A stretch of DNA of 64,000 nucleotides from Chrysemys picta bellii (GCF_011386835.1 NC_088803.1:34658001-34722000); one strand, 5' to 3'; numbered from the stretch's first letter, positions 1 through 11,598 are shown. Translations and numbers: made by a program. Notes: generated from the sequence alone by a model not told the origin.

Positions 1-330
1 CATCAGATCTCCCATCTAAGCCAGGGTACGTCTGGTCTGTGCTTGGAGGAGAGACCTCTGTTGAACAGCTTGGCGCTCCAGGAAGCGGCGTGGCACTGCC
101 CGCTGTGAGGCAGCACTGACCTGCCCTCCGTGCTGGAGATGCTATCTCCTGGGTGGCTCTTAAAGATGAGGTCCTGACCTCTTGGCGATCGTTAAAGAGC
201 CCACTGCTTTCTCACCCATGCCTGCTGCGCAGTGACACAAGCGGGATTTTGAATGGCCGCCTCCATCCTAAAGACTCCAGAGCTGTTGTTCGTTAGCCCA
301 GAACATCCCCCTAGTCTCTCACAACAAACC
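1..330 (+). mobile_element. 5S-rRNA-headed, Deu-domain SINE (AmnSINE1-like), degenerate, cut by the window edge
   Basis: 1-60 (CATCAGATCTC..CTAAGCCAGGGT..CTGGTCTGTGCTTGGAGGAGAGACC) follows 5S rRNA from the A box to the C box. 130-210 (GTGCTGGAGATGCTATCT..GAGGTCCTGAC..TTAAAGAGCCCACTGCTTT) matches the Deu-domain core as recalled. Right boundary approximate. Confidence 0.7.
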
Positions 331-965
331 AGCTTGGTTCTTTCAAGCTGGTCCCTGTGAGAAACCCACCACACAGCTGGGAATAACTGGCAGCCCCTGC
401 TCAGGAGACAAGCATGGCATATTGTGGGCCCCTCTGGGGCATTGCCTGAGGTGGGTTTATCCCAGTGGGGTGAGGCAGAGCTCTGGGGATGAAGATTGAA
501 CGCACCTGCCTGTGCTGCACTTGGTTTTCATTGGATCCTCACTCTAAAGCTCCCGTCTGAGCAGGTATAGTTCTAGCTTCCAGGCCCAGGAGATGTTGGT
601 TTCTAAACTTATTCCCTCTGGGGGAGAGGAGAGGGAGAGAGGCTGATATCTCATCTCAATTGGGCTGGTTCATGTAGTTCTGTCATGCACAATTTTTGCC
701 TGAAGGGTTGGTAATTCCCTTTCTAGCAGAAGGTCTTTTAAAAAACAAAATCTTGCCCTAAAGCTAGTGTTTGTCTGTTAAAATTGGGGCAGACGTCTAA
801 AGAGCATCAGCGCACAATTGCATGTGCATTTGCACATCTGACTTGTTCACATCATCTTTGTGTTTGCACAACTACACAGACAGTTCTGGTTCCTTGCAGA
901 GAATGTGCATGCAGTCCCAGTGCTGTGCTTTAAAAATCACTTCCCCTTGTTTCTGATTCAAGCAG

Positions 966-1141
966 GAAAATGGAGAAATTAACCTCTTCGGTGCCTCAGC
1001 CCTCCGAGAACGGACAGGTGACCCTTCAAGTCAGCTCCTGACAAACCGAGTCCGGGAAGGGTCCTTCGACGCCCGCTACCAACAGCCATTTGAGGATTTC
1101 CGGGAGCAGCTAGCAGACCAATTTGACAGCCGAGAGCGAAG
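966..1141 (+). CDS. PLCG1: Phospholipase C gamma 1, penultimate coding exon (ENGEINLFGASALRERTGDPSSQLLTNRVREGSFDARYQQPFEDFREQLADQFDSRER-R)
   Basis: Pyrimidine tract and CAG acceptor at 963-965; AG|GTAACA donor at 1141/1142. The translation matches the PLCG1 C-terminal tail (human ENGDLSPFSGTSLRERGSDASGQLFHGRAREGSFESRYQQPFEDFR...HFDSRERR). Phase 2 matches the next exon. Confidence 0.96.
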
Positions 1142-1419
1142 GTAACACGGTGGAGTTTTGGAAAGGGATTTGTTCTCTCTACCTTGAGCTCCTATAACGC
1201 AAACCAAGCATGGCCTTGGATCCAAGCTACCCTTGATTTTAATCAGTGCAGCTTCTATTGCCTAGTCGGCAGTTTTCCTTATCGTCTCCCTGTGACGCTG
1301 TCTGAGTGTAAGCTCCCTGATCTCGACAGCCCATGGAGACAGTTACCAGGAGTCCAGTGTGACTCAGTGAGGGGTTTGGTTTAGTGGCAGAGCTAAGGCA
1401 GGGGACATCCTACCATTCA

Positions 1420-1472
1420 TGGAGAGGCACTGGAGAGGTCATAATGGAGAGGTCAATGGAGAGGTCATAATG
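1420..1472 (+). repeat. Short imperfect tandem repeat (TGGAGAGGTCATAA-like, about 4 units)
   Basis: TGGAGAGG starts at 1420, 1431, 1445 and 1457; periods 11, 14 and 12. Confidence 0.85.
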
Positions 1473-2429
1473 TAGGCCCTGTGTCAAGGCTGTTGCAGCA
1501 CACTCCCCACCTGCCCACGCTTCTCCGCCCACGCTGGTGCGTCAGGCACCTGCAAAGCGCCTGTATTTCATATTGACGGGTGGATGAGCAAGGTTCATCT
1601 GCAGAGTTCTGGCCTGCAAGACAGGTGTGTATCTCACAGGTTGCCATTCACGCTCTGGGGCAGGAAGGAAGTCCTCACCCTATTTAACACTAAGTGAGGA
1701 GGAGCTGGGGCTCTCAGGGCTGGCTATGCTCCAGCTGCCAGGCTCCTGGCTGGGAGCTGAGAACCTGAAAGCTCTGAGAGCCCTGGCTTAACTCGAGTCT
1801 CTAAGGCCTCCTTTCCATAAAGCTGGGAGCCTGGAATTCCTGGGACTGGCATACAGGGTTTGGGGAAGCCCAGCCATGCAGACTGCTGTGGGGCTGGGAA
1901 CATCAGGGCTTCCAGACTGCTGGCTCAGGCTGCCCCGCTCAGGAGTCACACAGCCCATGGAGCCTCCTGGGCCAGGAGTTTGGAAGCCAAGGTTCTTGGA
2001 CAGTCCACATTATGGGGCTGCACCAGAGCCCCAGCAGCAGCTCCATGAAACGGACATTGAGTGACTGGCAGCCGTGAAACTGACAAGAACGTCAGTTTCA
2101 TGTTTCATTTGGGAACCAGAAGGTTTTGGTGTTTCTGAAACAAAATTTTCTATTTGCCAAGAAACTTCAGTAAAAGGGGTTTCATTCAGCGGCACAGCCC
2201 ACATTTCAAACCTGAAATGTGTCTCAACCCCCAAAACACACGTTTCGGCCAGCTCTATCTAACAGTTCTGAGATGGATGCATAAGGGCTTAGCGGCCCAG
2301 CCTGAGGCCCAGTGCTGGAGTTGGGTGACCTTGCAATGACTGGGGTTATAAATAGTGCACAATTGCTTGTTAAGGTCTCTGCAGCAGAATTCATCTCAAG
2401 CCCCTCCCCTTTCCTCTCTTCCCCTGCAG

Positions 2430-2472
2430 GGTACTGCGAAGGACCAGGGTGAATGGGGACAACCGGCTCTAG
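2430..2472 (+). CDS. PLCG1: Phospholipase C gamma 1, last coding exon ((R)VLRRTRVNGDNRL*)
   Basis: Long pyrimidine tract and CAG acceptor (2427-2429); TAG at 2470-2472. RRTRVNGDNRL is the PLCG1 C-terminus. Confidence 0.97.
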
Positions 2473-3020
2473 CCCAACTTCGCCTGCTGAAAAGCACCTC
2501 TAGTGCTTGTGATTATCACGGAACGCTGTGAACTGGTTTCTATGGAAACGTCACTGCTTTGGCCTACTTTCAGGCAGCTTTTCCAGTTTCTCTGCTGGTG
2601 TGTGTTTGAGTGGAGAAATTAAAAAAAACTCACCACCCAACCACCTTCTACTACCAAGCCCATAATGAAGTGTATTAATGTGTATAGCCTGTCAGCTATT
2701 AAGGCTGGAGACAAAACTGTGTCTATAATCAAACAAACTCCCTTTGAGCCTATATCCTGAGAAATCTAGATCCCAGCCCTGCTCAGAAGCTGGTAGGGAA
2801 GCTTTTTACAGCATTAACTCGATGTAAATGTTTCCCACTCCCTTGAGTGACCTGCCTCTTCTCCCTCCTTTTACATGCCCCCATAGGGAGGTACTTTCTA
2901 AGAACCAGGCAGGATGCACCTCAGTCCTTTTGTTGTTGTATCAAAGTACCTGTATAGCCTCTGCCTCTGGGTCCAGTAGTGAAACTCAAAGTTTACAAGG
3001 CCCCTCTAGCTTTAAGTTAC

Positions 3021-3026
3021 AATAAA
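3021..3026 (+). promoter_or_regulatory. Candidate proximal poly(A) signal of PLCG1
   Basis: AATAAA followed by GT-rich GTGTTAAGTGTGT. Confidence 0.4.
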
Positions 3027-4050
3027 AAAGTCAGTGTTAAGTGTGTAACGTCTCCGCTTTCTCGAGGTTTGCCCTAGCTGCCGAGTTCATGCTCCACAGC
3101 AGAAAAGGGCCTAGTGGCCACTCTTCAGTGCGTTTCAAGCCAGCAGCTAGCTGTGGTTTTTGCGTGCAGTCTCTCTTGCACCTTCAGGCGGACCTGGAGC
3201 TCGCTCGCTCTCCCTGCCTTCATGTTGCCTTGTAAACAGTTCAGGCAAGGGGTCTGAAATACTGTGGGTTATCGCTCTCTGTCGCCCAAACGGCACGTCA
3301 GGTAGGGAACGTGTCCCGCGGAGGCCTGCATGAGCACTCCCAACTGAAGGGGTAGCAAGAAAATGGGAGTGCAGAAGGCTGAGGCTCACCAGAGAAGCTA
3401 CATGAGATACTGAGCCAAATTCAGCCCTGCTGGCAGCAGGTGCAGCTCCACAGAAGTTTCTTCCTACTTGGCGTGCAGCCACCAGTCTAGTGGTTTCTGG
3501 CAGTGCTGCTTCTAAAGGAATACTCCAGGCTGCTGAAGGTCATGTGACTGAGTAGCTCTGGTTTAGGTTAGGAGCTGGCAGTTGCAAATTCTGCTTTGAC
3601 TGGTGGCTTCTCCAGCTGAGATTTAGACAAGTTGTTGCCACCCTTATTTTGGAGGTGGCGACGCTTTGCCTTTTCTTTTAAAGTGAGAGGAAGAACACCT
3701 CTGGCCGAGCGTTTGCATGATCTGCAGAGGGAATGTGTCCTTTTCCAAACAGAGCTGCTCCAGGGCTAGTGATAAATGGCTACTCAACTGCACAACAGTT
3801 AACTCGTACCTGCTCTCTAGGCTGGGGTCTGAATTTAGGTTATTCCAACCTTCCAAAGGGACTGTATTTATCATGGGGGTGGAAGGACAAGGCAGGATAA
3901 TAGACCATGCTACAGCCCTTGAGGCAGGCTGTATGCTCCACAGCAGTGCACTATATTGTGTTTGGCTCTTGACTGGTGTTACTTAGAGCCATACTCCCCA
4001 CTCAGCCTGAGGATTGTGTTCAGGTCACTCTTTTGAAGACCAGAATGTCC

Positions 4051-4056
4051 AATAAA
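4051..4056 (+). promoter_or_regulatory. Candidate main/distal poly(A) signal of PLCG1
   Basis: AATAAA followed about 15-35 nt later by a strong U/GU-rich element (TTTTTCCTCATTGTGTTTTGTG). Confidence 0.55.
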
Positions 4057-4934
4057 AGTCCTCAACTTACTTTTTCCTCATTGTGTTTTGTGCAGAGGGG
4101 GCTGGGTAGGGAGAAACGGCAAAGCAAACCCTAATATGCCCTGGTATGTTCTTGTAACAAGGAGCACATGTGCAGACAAATAGCTGAAACAGCGATAAAC
4201 ATTCAGGGAGAACGTAGAGCGAGACACCTAAGAAGGCTGCAGAGGAATATGGATCCTGCAAAGCCTGGACCAGGCTGCTTGAGGAAATTGTCATGCTGTT
4301 TTCCAGAGGGATGGAAGAGTGCACAATGTGTAAGTTATTCGATTCCGTGGACCAATGCAGTCCTTGAGTATTTCAGACCTTCCCATGCGCCCTAGGAGCC
4401 ATCACTTTCTTTTAAGTCCATGTGGGGGACTCTACTAGCATTGCTGCTGGGCGTTGGACACTGCCAATGTGTGTCTTCGTGCTCTGTTGGGCAAACTGCA
4501 CTCCCGGGAGTAGCCAGGCTCACTGGGAGGGGGTGACATCAGAACTGAAGGCCACGCAGACCTTGGTGTCTCAATGAATTCTTGTTTTTAAAAAGGGGAG
4601 AAGGGTCAGGAGATTGTGAGGTACGAAGTCTGGCAAATCAGATGCATCAGCGCTGGCCCATACTACCTTAATACCCTGTGTTTCAGGACCCGTTGCTTGT
4701 GGGAACAGACTAGTGATTGGAAGGCAGTCAGACTGAATGCTGTTAGCTGGGGTGATCCTAACTCGTACATCAGTGTGAACTAAAGCCCAGACACCCCTCT
4801 CCTGCCTCCAGGCTGTCCCTGCCCATGTGCTCTCTGGAAGCTGATTTACATTCAGCCATCAGGTCTCTGGCTTTGGTGACACAATGGGGCAGCAGATCGA
4901 AAGTCATGGCTGCTTTTAGATTGAAGTGGCGATT

Positions 4935-4940
4935 TTTATT
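4935..4940 (-). promoter_or_regulatory. Candidate distal poly(A) signal of ZHX3
   Basis: TTTATT on + is AATAAA on -, about 6.2 kb past the ZHX3 stop. Confidence 0.4.
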
Positions 4941-5311
4941 GATTTAAATCTGGAAGTGTGTGTGTCTGATACAGAGGACTGAGGTGACCTTGCCCAGGGA
5001 TGGTCTGGCACAGCCAAATCCCTGTGGACTCCAGAGGGTTGTCTGTCCTAGAGGCATACCTTTGAGAAGTGTGCTTCCCCCTTCAAGGACCCAGCTGCCA
5101 TTCCACCAGGCACGCTCTCCCTGTTGGACTCCGCGTGCGGAAAGCTGGGCAGTACGTCTCACAAACAACTGGCTTTGAAAAGAGAGTTGTAACGAAGAGC
5201 CGCTGTGCAGCAGCTCTTGGCAAAGCACAAGGTAACGTGCCTGGCCCTTTAATCCCACCGTTCCAATGGATACAGACACCACCACGCTGCTCCTGTTCAT
5301 ATTTTATGCTC

Positions 5312-5317
5312 TTTATT
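5312..5317 (-). promoter_or_regulatory. Candidate poly(A) signal of ZHX3
   Basis: AATAAA on - with an upstream UGUA (TGTACA near 5357) and a downstream GU-rich GCGTGGTGGTGTCTGT. Confidence 0.5.
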
Positions 5318-7052
5318 TAGGAACAACTGAAAAGGTCTCATTTCATTTCACCAAACTGTACAAGCAAGCTCCCCCCCGCCCCCCTCCACATATACAAAAG
5401 TAAGGGAAACTTGTGGTTCACTTCTCAGAAGTGGCATTGTTGCTACAGGGAGCTCACCCACAGAATAAGAGCATGTAAAGTCCATCGCAGGGGCAAGCGA
5501 CCCTAGCACTAGTAATAACTATAGCCCACAGTCACAGGCAGCTTTGTTTCTCTCTTTAAAACCTTCACCAAAAGTAAAAACTACCTTCTCACGCAGGTGC
5601 CATGTTAAATCTCCTAATTATGGTCTTAAAAAAAATCCAAAATATCCCTCCCTCCCCCCCCCCCCAAGACAACGACAGCCAAGTCTTTTCGCTGTCCCTA
5701 GCCACAAGGCTACCCTTATGAAAGGTCCCATTGCAGCTCCAATTCTAGTTTCCTTTGGATGAATCCCAGGTCACTCAGCACCAGGATGATTTTAAACAAG
5801 ACACCATATGTTGATTGTATGGGCTGATGAGAAGCAGTGTGTTCCAAAGCCTGACTTTTAGTGCCGTGCTACCAACATGGGGTGAAAAATTCCTGACAAA
5901 ATTCCTAACAAAAATAATCAGATGGGGGCTGAGCAAAAGTACAACTTTATCGAGAAGATTTCTACCCTGCTCTCTTCACTGATACCAGCGAACAGCATAT
6001 GGGTAATACCATCCATCTACCAGGACAGGAGAGATTGGCTTAAGGCCAGCCTTCAAATGAGCGACCGAGTGGAGTGGTATGCTCTTTGCTGAAACGCGGG
6101 ACAAGTGTAAGAGATCCCTGCTGCATCTGGAAGAGTTCAGTTAATTTGTTTTCCTGTTTGTTTTCAAGCTTTTGTGGCGCTAGTCTGAAATTCCTGGCAG
6201 ATCCCATTGCCAGTAATGGACACAGCAGGAACTACCCTGGCAAAGAGAGTGACTGAATCCCCTTTTCGTGCTGGCAGCTTCAACTGATGCTTACATGTTT
6301 GTTTTGTAATCGCTGAGAAATTAAAAATGGTCAATAGGGTTCCCTGTCTTAGGAACTGGTTTCACAAATTTAAAACACAGTTTCATGGGAAGTAGGGAGA
6401 GATGAGTTTAACAGTATCACTGTAACTATGAGTACTACTATGTGATGAAGGTACAATATTCTCATCTCTCACATGCTGATCTGTGCCAAGCTCAGAAAAA
6501 CATCGTACCATCTGAACTACCCCTACCCGCAACGTTTCATCTTCTGTTCAGGCTCTATGATCAATGGCTCCAGCTTTATTTGGGGAAAAGGTTTTTCAAG
6601 TTTCCAATCATCAAGAATTGCTGCTCTATGTGGACAAACGAAACTGCTCTTCAGCCTTCCAGCTCCTCCTCCTGAATGCATAGGTCAAGAGCTGGCGCCG
6701 ACAGCAAATACAAGAGAAGATGGTGTCTTGTCGCTGTGCCTCTCACTGCAAGTCATGCCATCACATAAGGGTTGTTAAACTAGATACCCACCATGACTAT
6801 TTAGTTTCATACCACGGCTGCCATTGTGCCCTGCCTTTGCTGATTGATTCTCATGCTGTGAAACATTTGGCTTGGCAAATGACCCACAAAGGCCGCTGTA
6901 GGAAGGGATAGACTATTCTGCTTTAAATAACTGAAACATCAGGTGCAAGCTCTCTGCAGATCGCTGCATTATAGCAAGGCTAAGAAAGCCTGGAGAGTCA
7001 CAGGGCTGTGTCCATCCCACTGTGCCACGGTTGGAACTCGGCTTAATTTACA

Positions 7053-7139
7053 GGCCTGATGTGCAGAATTGCTGAGTGCCCACAGCTCTAGCTGAAGTCA
7101 ATGGGAACTGTCAATACTCAATATCTTTGAAAATCAGGC
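7053..7139. mobile_element. Small palindromic MITE-like element (GGCCTGAT...ATCAGGC family)
   Basis: Inverted termini with an internal GAAGTCAATGGGA motif; similar copies recur elsewhere in the window. Confidence 0.5.
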
Positions 7140-7360
7140 AGCAGCTGTACAGCCGTCCCTCTCCAGCTATTTTATACCATGGGCATCACTATGGTATCCC
7201 CTAATTTTACCCCTTGTTCTCTGTTTTCCACAATTTGGCTATCCCCAGCCTTTCCAGCCTGTATTAGCCCCCAAAAAGCAATCTGATAGGAAATATTCTC
7301 TCCTGTTTCAGTCCTTGCCGTGCTGTGCAGCAAGTGGTCAGCAGGGGAGGGAGAGCAACC

Positions 7361-7544
7361 GGTGAAGCACTGGACTGGGTTACCTAGGGAGGTGGTGGAA
7401 TCTCTTTCCTTAGAGGTTTTTAAGGTCAGGCTTGACAAAGCCCTGGCTGGGATGATTTAGTTGGGGATTGGTCCTGCTTTGAGCAGGGGGTTGGACTAGA
7501 TGACCTCCTGAGGGCTCTTCCAACCCTGATATTCTATGATTCTA
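7361..7544 (+). mobile_element. CR1 LINE 3' end, 5'-truncated
   Basis: GGTGAAGCACTGG..GGTGGTGGAATCT..GAGGTTTTTAAGGTCAGGCTTGACAAAG..GGACTAGATGACCTC..CAACCC, ending in the ATTCTATGATTCTA octamer tail. Confidence 0.93.
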
Positions 7545-10500
7545 CACCACCACGTACTAGTACTGATAAGTCTGATTCAAACACTACACTTTTAAGAGTT
7601 ACAGGGGTGCGGCTCGGGGAGTATATGTCCAATTCATGATCAAATACCAAAGTTGTTAACACAATCACCTGTTAGGCTGGACACTTGCAGGTAATTGTCA
7701 AATGCAGGCAGCTGCAAATGCCCTCTGTACATGAACCACTAACTAACCAAACCACTATCCCAGTGACTCCCTTGTGAAACTGGAACTAGGAACTACGTTG
7801 AGGAACCAGGTATAATTAAATTTTATCGTGTTTTAAAAAAAACATCCAGGATGCTAGCCAAAAAATCAGAGCCTTGCCTAGCAGATCACTGCTCTTACTA
7901 ACTAGCAAGCCACTTCTATTCCTAGAACCAGGAAAACCTACGATTCTTTTTAAAGATGAGACATGACTGGATATTAATCTGGATAGCAGGTTACTAAGCA
8001 CTTGTTTCCGGTTTTAAGCCAGCCCACCTCCTATACAGAAGTTTAATGTTAGTAAGATGGAAGCAACAACATAAGACTGAAGATAAAAGGATTTTTACAG
8101 CTGTGCAACCATCAAGTCCGAGTGAACATAGGCTCACTTTTAGCTGAGGGAGTTGGAGAAATTAGTTTTTAAAAATTTCCTCTCCTAATAAGTAAATGCT
8201 AACTCACCACTCCATCTAGCCAATTCTCTCCTTTTATCTAGTCCAAGTGACAATGCTTGTTGATTAGAGGATGATAAAAGTTAATACTGTCTAGGTGCAA
8301 AATTGAGGTGGCGTTTCCTGCAACACCAGCTGCAGAAGTGCTGCTGATAGGACTGTCAAACCACTTCACAGTGACCAAGAGCTGGTCCACAATTGTTTCA
8401 GTTTCCGCGCAAGCACACTTCTAATGTCCTGCACCAAACCCTATGTATTTTGGTATTAGTGCCTACTTCATTTCAACCTATTTAACAGAGGTGTTAGATG
8501 AACCACGAATGACAGTAGCTCTCCCTTCTTTATAACAAACCCTTTTGGAAATACCCAGTAAAAATGTGTTGGTAATAAACATATGGGAGATTAAAAAGGA
8601 ACCAGGTTTCTTTTGGTGTCTGGTTCAGAAGCTTTATCCCAGACCCATTTTATCACTCCCACCTTCACCATGCCCGGAGAGGTGCAATTCCATTCACTGG
8701 ACTGCCTGCCTTTAGGGAAGCCAGGCTGCATGGAAGCATATTTGAAAATTCCTCTAACGAAAAGGGACTAATAGCCTGATGTCTTTACATATCCACAAAC
8801 GAGCATTTAGCAGCTTTAACCCTTCAAGGCTGGGTTTTCTGGGTACACCACGACCAAATTCCCTTCAGCTGACTAGACGTTTCCTTTTCTTTTCTGGGCT
8901 ACTGGCAGACTAAAATCCAGCTGCAAAAAAATTCAGCCAGTGCCTGGAAAGAAAGATTTTTAGAAACCCATTCACAGGGTGATGATTGAACATTTCCTTC
9001 AGTGGCCTGGAGGTGGCTCTTTCTAAGTGTATGCCAACAAAGTCACCTTGAAGGGGCAAACTGTGTTTCCAACATCTTTATATAGCACTCAGTAAAGTGT
9101 ACATTTTGAATGTACGTCTTATGCAGTAAAAATTGCACATTTGAACAGTACATGTGCATATTTAAATACTCCTGCACGTATATAGACACTAGAGAGTAAA
9201 TGACTTACCTGTATTTGTTCTCTTTAGTTAACACTGTACATGCAGCCACACTCTTGGGTCACCAGATTCCCACCAGTAGCATCAAGAGTAATCGTCACTG
9301 CTAGACGTTTCTAGTCCTTCTCCCTCCCGTCCCTTGCTGTTTCAGGGTATACAAGATGACAGTTGCAGGGACTCCAGCAGCCATTGTGGAACTGAGATCT
9401 CGGGAGCAAGAACGTAGGGGCTCAGCCATGCAAATGTTGAGCTCACACCATTGAGAGGCTGATTATTGTTGCTGGTATGCCTCTAACAAAGGTTTAGTGT
9501 GACCTGTACAGTTGCAATGTTGTCTTCTGCATAAGGAGAAATGCTATTCTATCAGCATGGTTCTCTGAACTGCCACAGACTGAACTAACAGGCGTAGGTG
9601 TCCTGCTAGAGTCCTTTCATTCCCAAATGATGCTATGACTAAAGAGAGCTACTCCTCTTAATTATTGAATAGTAAGGCCTTCTAAATACGGACATGAGGA
9701 AAGGGGAACACTATTCAAGAAGATGACTTAAGGTAGAAATCAAATGCTACCTTTGGAAGAGACGCCGGGAGAGATTTAAAAAGACCAACCTCTCTTTATA
9801 AACTTACACTAGATCAGGTCACTTAGAGCTTGAAACTCACCCATTTAATAAATATCTCCTACCACTGAGAATAAAGCCTTCCACATTAAGAAAAATTACA
9901 CTAGAATCAAAAATAATAAAGAAGCTGCTTTAAAGCAGTAATAGCCCAAGACATTGTAGACATATACATATTAAAAAGGTATATGATTAAGTGAGCACTT
10001 AATATACCAGATAACTAAAAACTAGTTTGCAACGTATTTATTGTCTAGCTCACAGAAAGACAGGACTACAGTTGGAGAACTAGGTAAGGTGACCTGGACC
10101 AATAAGTATAGGTTAATAGCATTAGCACAGTAGGACAAGAGAAGGAATCTAATTCAACTAGTGTTGTAACAAGCAAGCTTCCTGTCTAGAAAACGATGAC
10201 TTGAAAAGTTAGCAGAAAGCCAAATTTTTGTCTGTATTTGTTCTCTGAAGAACAGTTTGTCCTCTATAAACAATGAAAGGGATTCCAGAGCAGGATGGAA
10301 ACATTAAGTGCTAGTTCTCAGTAATTAATGTGAGGCTTGGAGAGTAATGGGCTGTGCTACATTCCACCGCCTAGCATAAAAGAAATAAAATTACTCCAGG
10401 CAGTAGGGGGACAGATTATATCCAATTCTATCTCCTGATCTTTGCAGGATCCCAACCCCCCACTGGATATTGGAGGGTGTTCAATAGCTTATTCCACCCC

Positions 10501-11140
10501 CATCCCCAGGGAAAGAAATCTACATCCACCCCACTGAATTCATCCTGTTCTTGCTACGAAGACTGGCATGTTGCTTCTCAGATCTCTCTTGCTCTGACAC
10601 ACATACTGACACTCATGATGGTATCCTCCAATCCCTGATCTAGGGACCCAAGAGTCGGGGACATATGCAACATTGCCAACCGTTAGAGAACAAACACGTT
10701 ACAAACAGCTGAAGATAAAAATGTATTGTGCCATGATAGTCCATTTCTACGCAAAAAATACATTTACACAATCAATGTCCAAAATTAATTATGCTTGTCG
10801 AGGCGGCTGTCTGTATGTCAAAAGTTGGTTCCATTATATGAATATGAAATCTGAAAGTTTATCCACTGGAAAGGAAACAGCATCCTACGTCACAAGAGTG
10901 AGAAGATCTTACTGATGCCCTACTCTGGCCAGCTGGTGAGTAAGATTCTAGATTAGGCTGCAGATGGCACTGCATGAAGAGCCCGATTCTCTTGCTCTCC
11001 CTCTCTGATGTGCTGTACTGAAAGGTCTCATTATAGCAGTGCTTTTACACCACTCCCTGCTACTGAGATTCGTATCAGGCCCATGGATTTACAATCTTCT
11101 CAAATGTAATCGCAGATCCTTCAGAGCAGGCAGTTTAAGG

Positions 11141-11151
11141 TCAATCTGTTT
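11141..11151 (-). CDS. ZHX3: ZHX3 last coding exon (completes E-T-D-stop)
   Basis: On -: ctctttcag|AA ACA GAT TGA. Joined to the phase-1 G at 13737 it gives ...VQL-ETD*, the same ending as human ZHX3 (...RQLETD). Confidence 0.92.
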
Positions 11152-11490
11152 CTGAAAGAGACAACATACACAAGCGTCAGAATACACGTCCCATGCTTAC
11201 AAAATCCGCACGTAACGCTGGGGCCTCTTCTGCTGGAAGAGCTTTCTTTGAGCAACAGCTGGTTGCATCATAAAGTGAAGCTACAGAACAGGACCCTGCT
11301 GTGAGGAGGAAGGAACAGGGCTAGCGTGAAGGCTAGCAATTGCATGGGGGCAGGAAGGAAGCAGTAGCTACACCCAGGCAGCTGTGGCTGTTGGCAGAAT
11401 GCCACCTCCTATGGCAGAAGTTTGTTGTAGTTAAGCGAGTCGTCCTCTGGACCACCCTGTTCCAGGGATCTAACAAGATGGAGGATGGCC

Positions 11491-11598
11491 CTATAGGTGC
11501 TGGGACGAGGGGTACTGGGGGTGCTGCAGCATCCCCTGGCTGGAAGTGGTTTCCATTATATACAGGGTTTACAGTTTGGTTCAATGGCTCTCAGCACC
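11491..11598 (+). mobile_element. Short non-autonomous DNA transposon (hAT-like), same family as 39650-39767
   Basis: ATAGGTGCTGG..GGGGGTGCTGCAGCATCCCCTGGCTGGAAGTGGTTTCC..AGGGTTTACAGTTTGGTTCAATGGCTCTCAGCACC is present in reverse at 39650-39767. Confidence 0.65.

Larger units (their letters stand above)
5295..11140 (-). other. ZHX3: ZHX3 long 3' UTR (inferred extent, about 5.8-6.2 kb)
   Basis: Runs from the TGA at 11141-11143 to the candidate poly(A) signals; it is repeat-poor compared with the introns. Mammalian ZHX3 also has a multi-kb 3' UTR. The end point is not provable from sequence. Confidence 0.55.

Noticed and set aside
1-60. Possible 5S rRNA gene
   Set aside because: Too diverged and continues into SINE body sequence; it is a 5S-derived SINE head, not an rRNA gene.
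5994-6075. Weak 5S-like words on - (CATACCAC, TAAGC, GGATGG, TGCTGT)
   Set aside because: Too few matches to separate from chance.
9203-9211. Perfect CAG|GTAAGT donor on - inside the ZHX3 3' UTR
   Set aside because: A single 9-mer match has a fair chance of occurring somewhere in 64 kb, and no partner acceptor could be assigned.
10396-10416. CTCF-like GGCAGTAGGGGGACAG
   Set aside because: Mismatches at core positions; not distinguishable from background without ChIP data.
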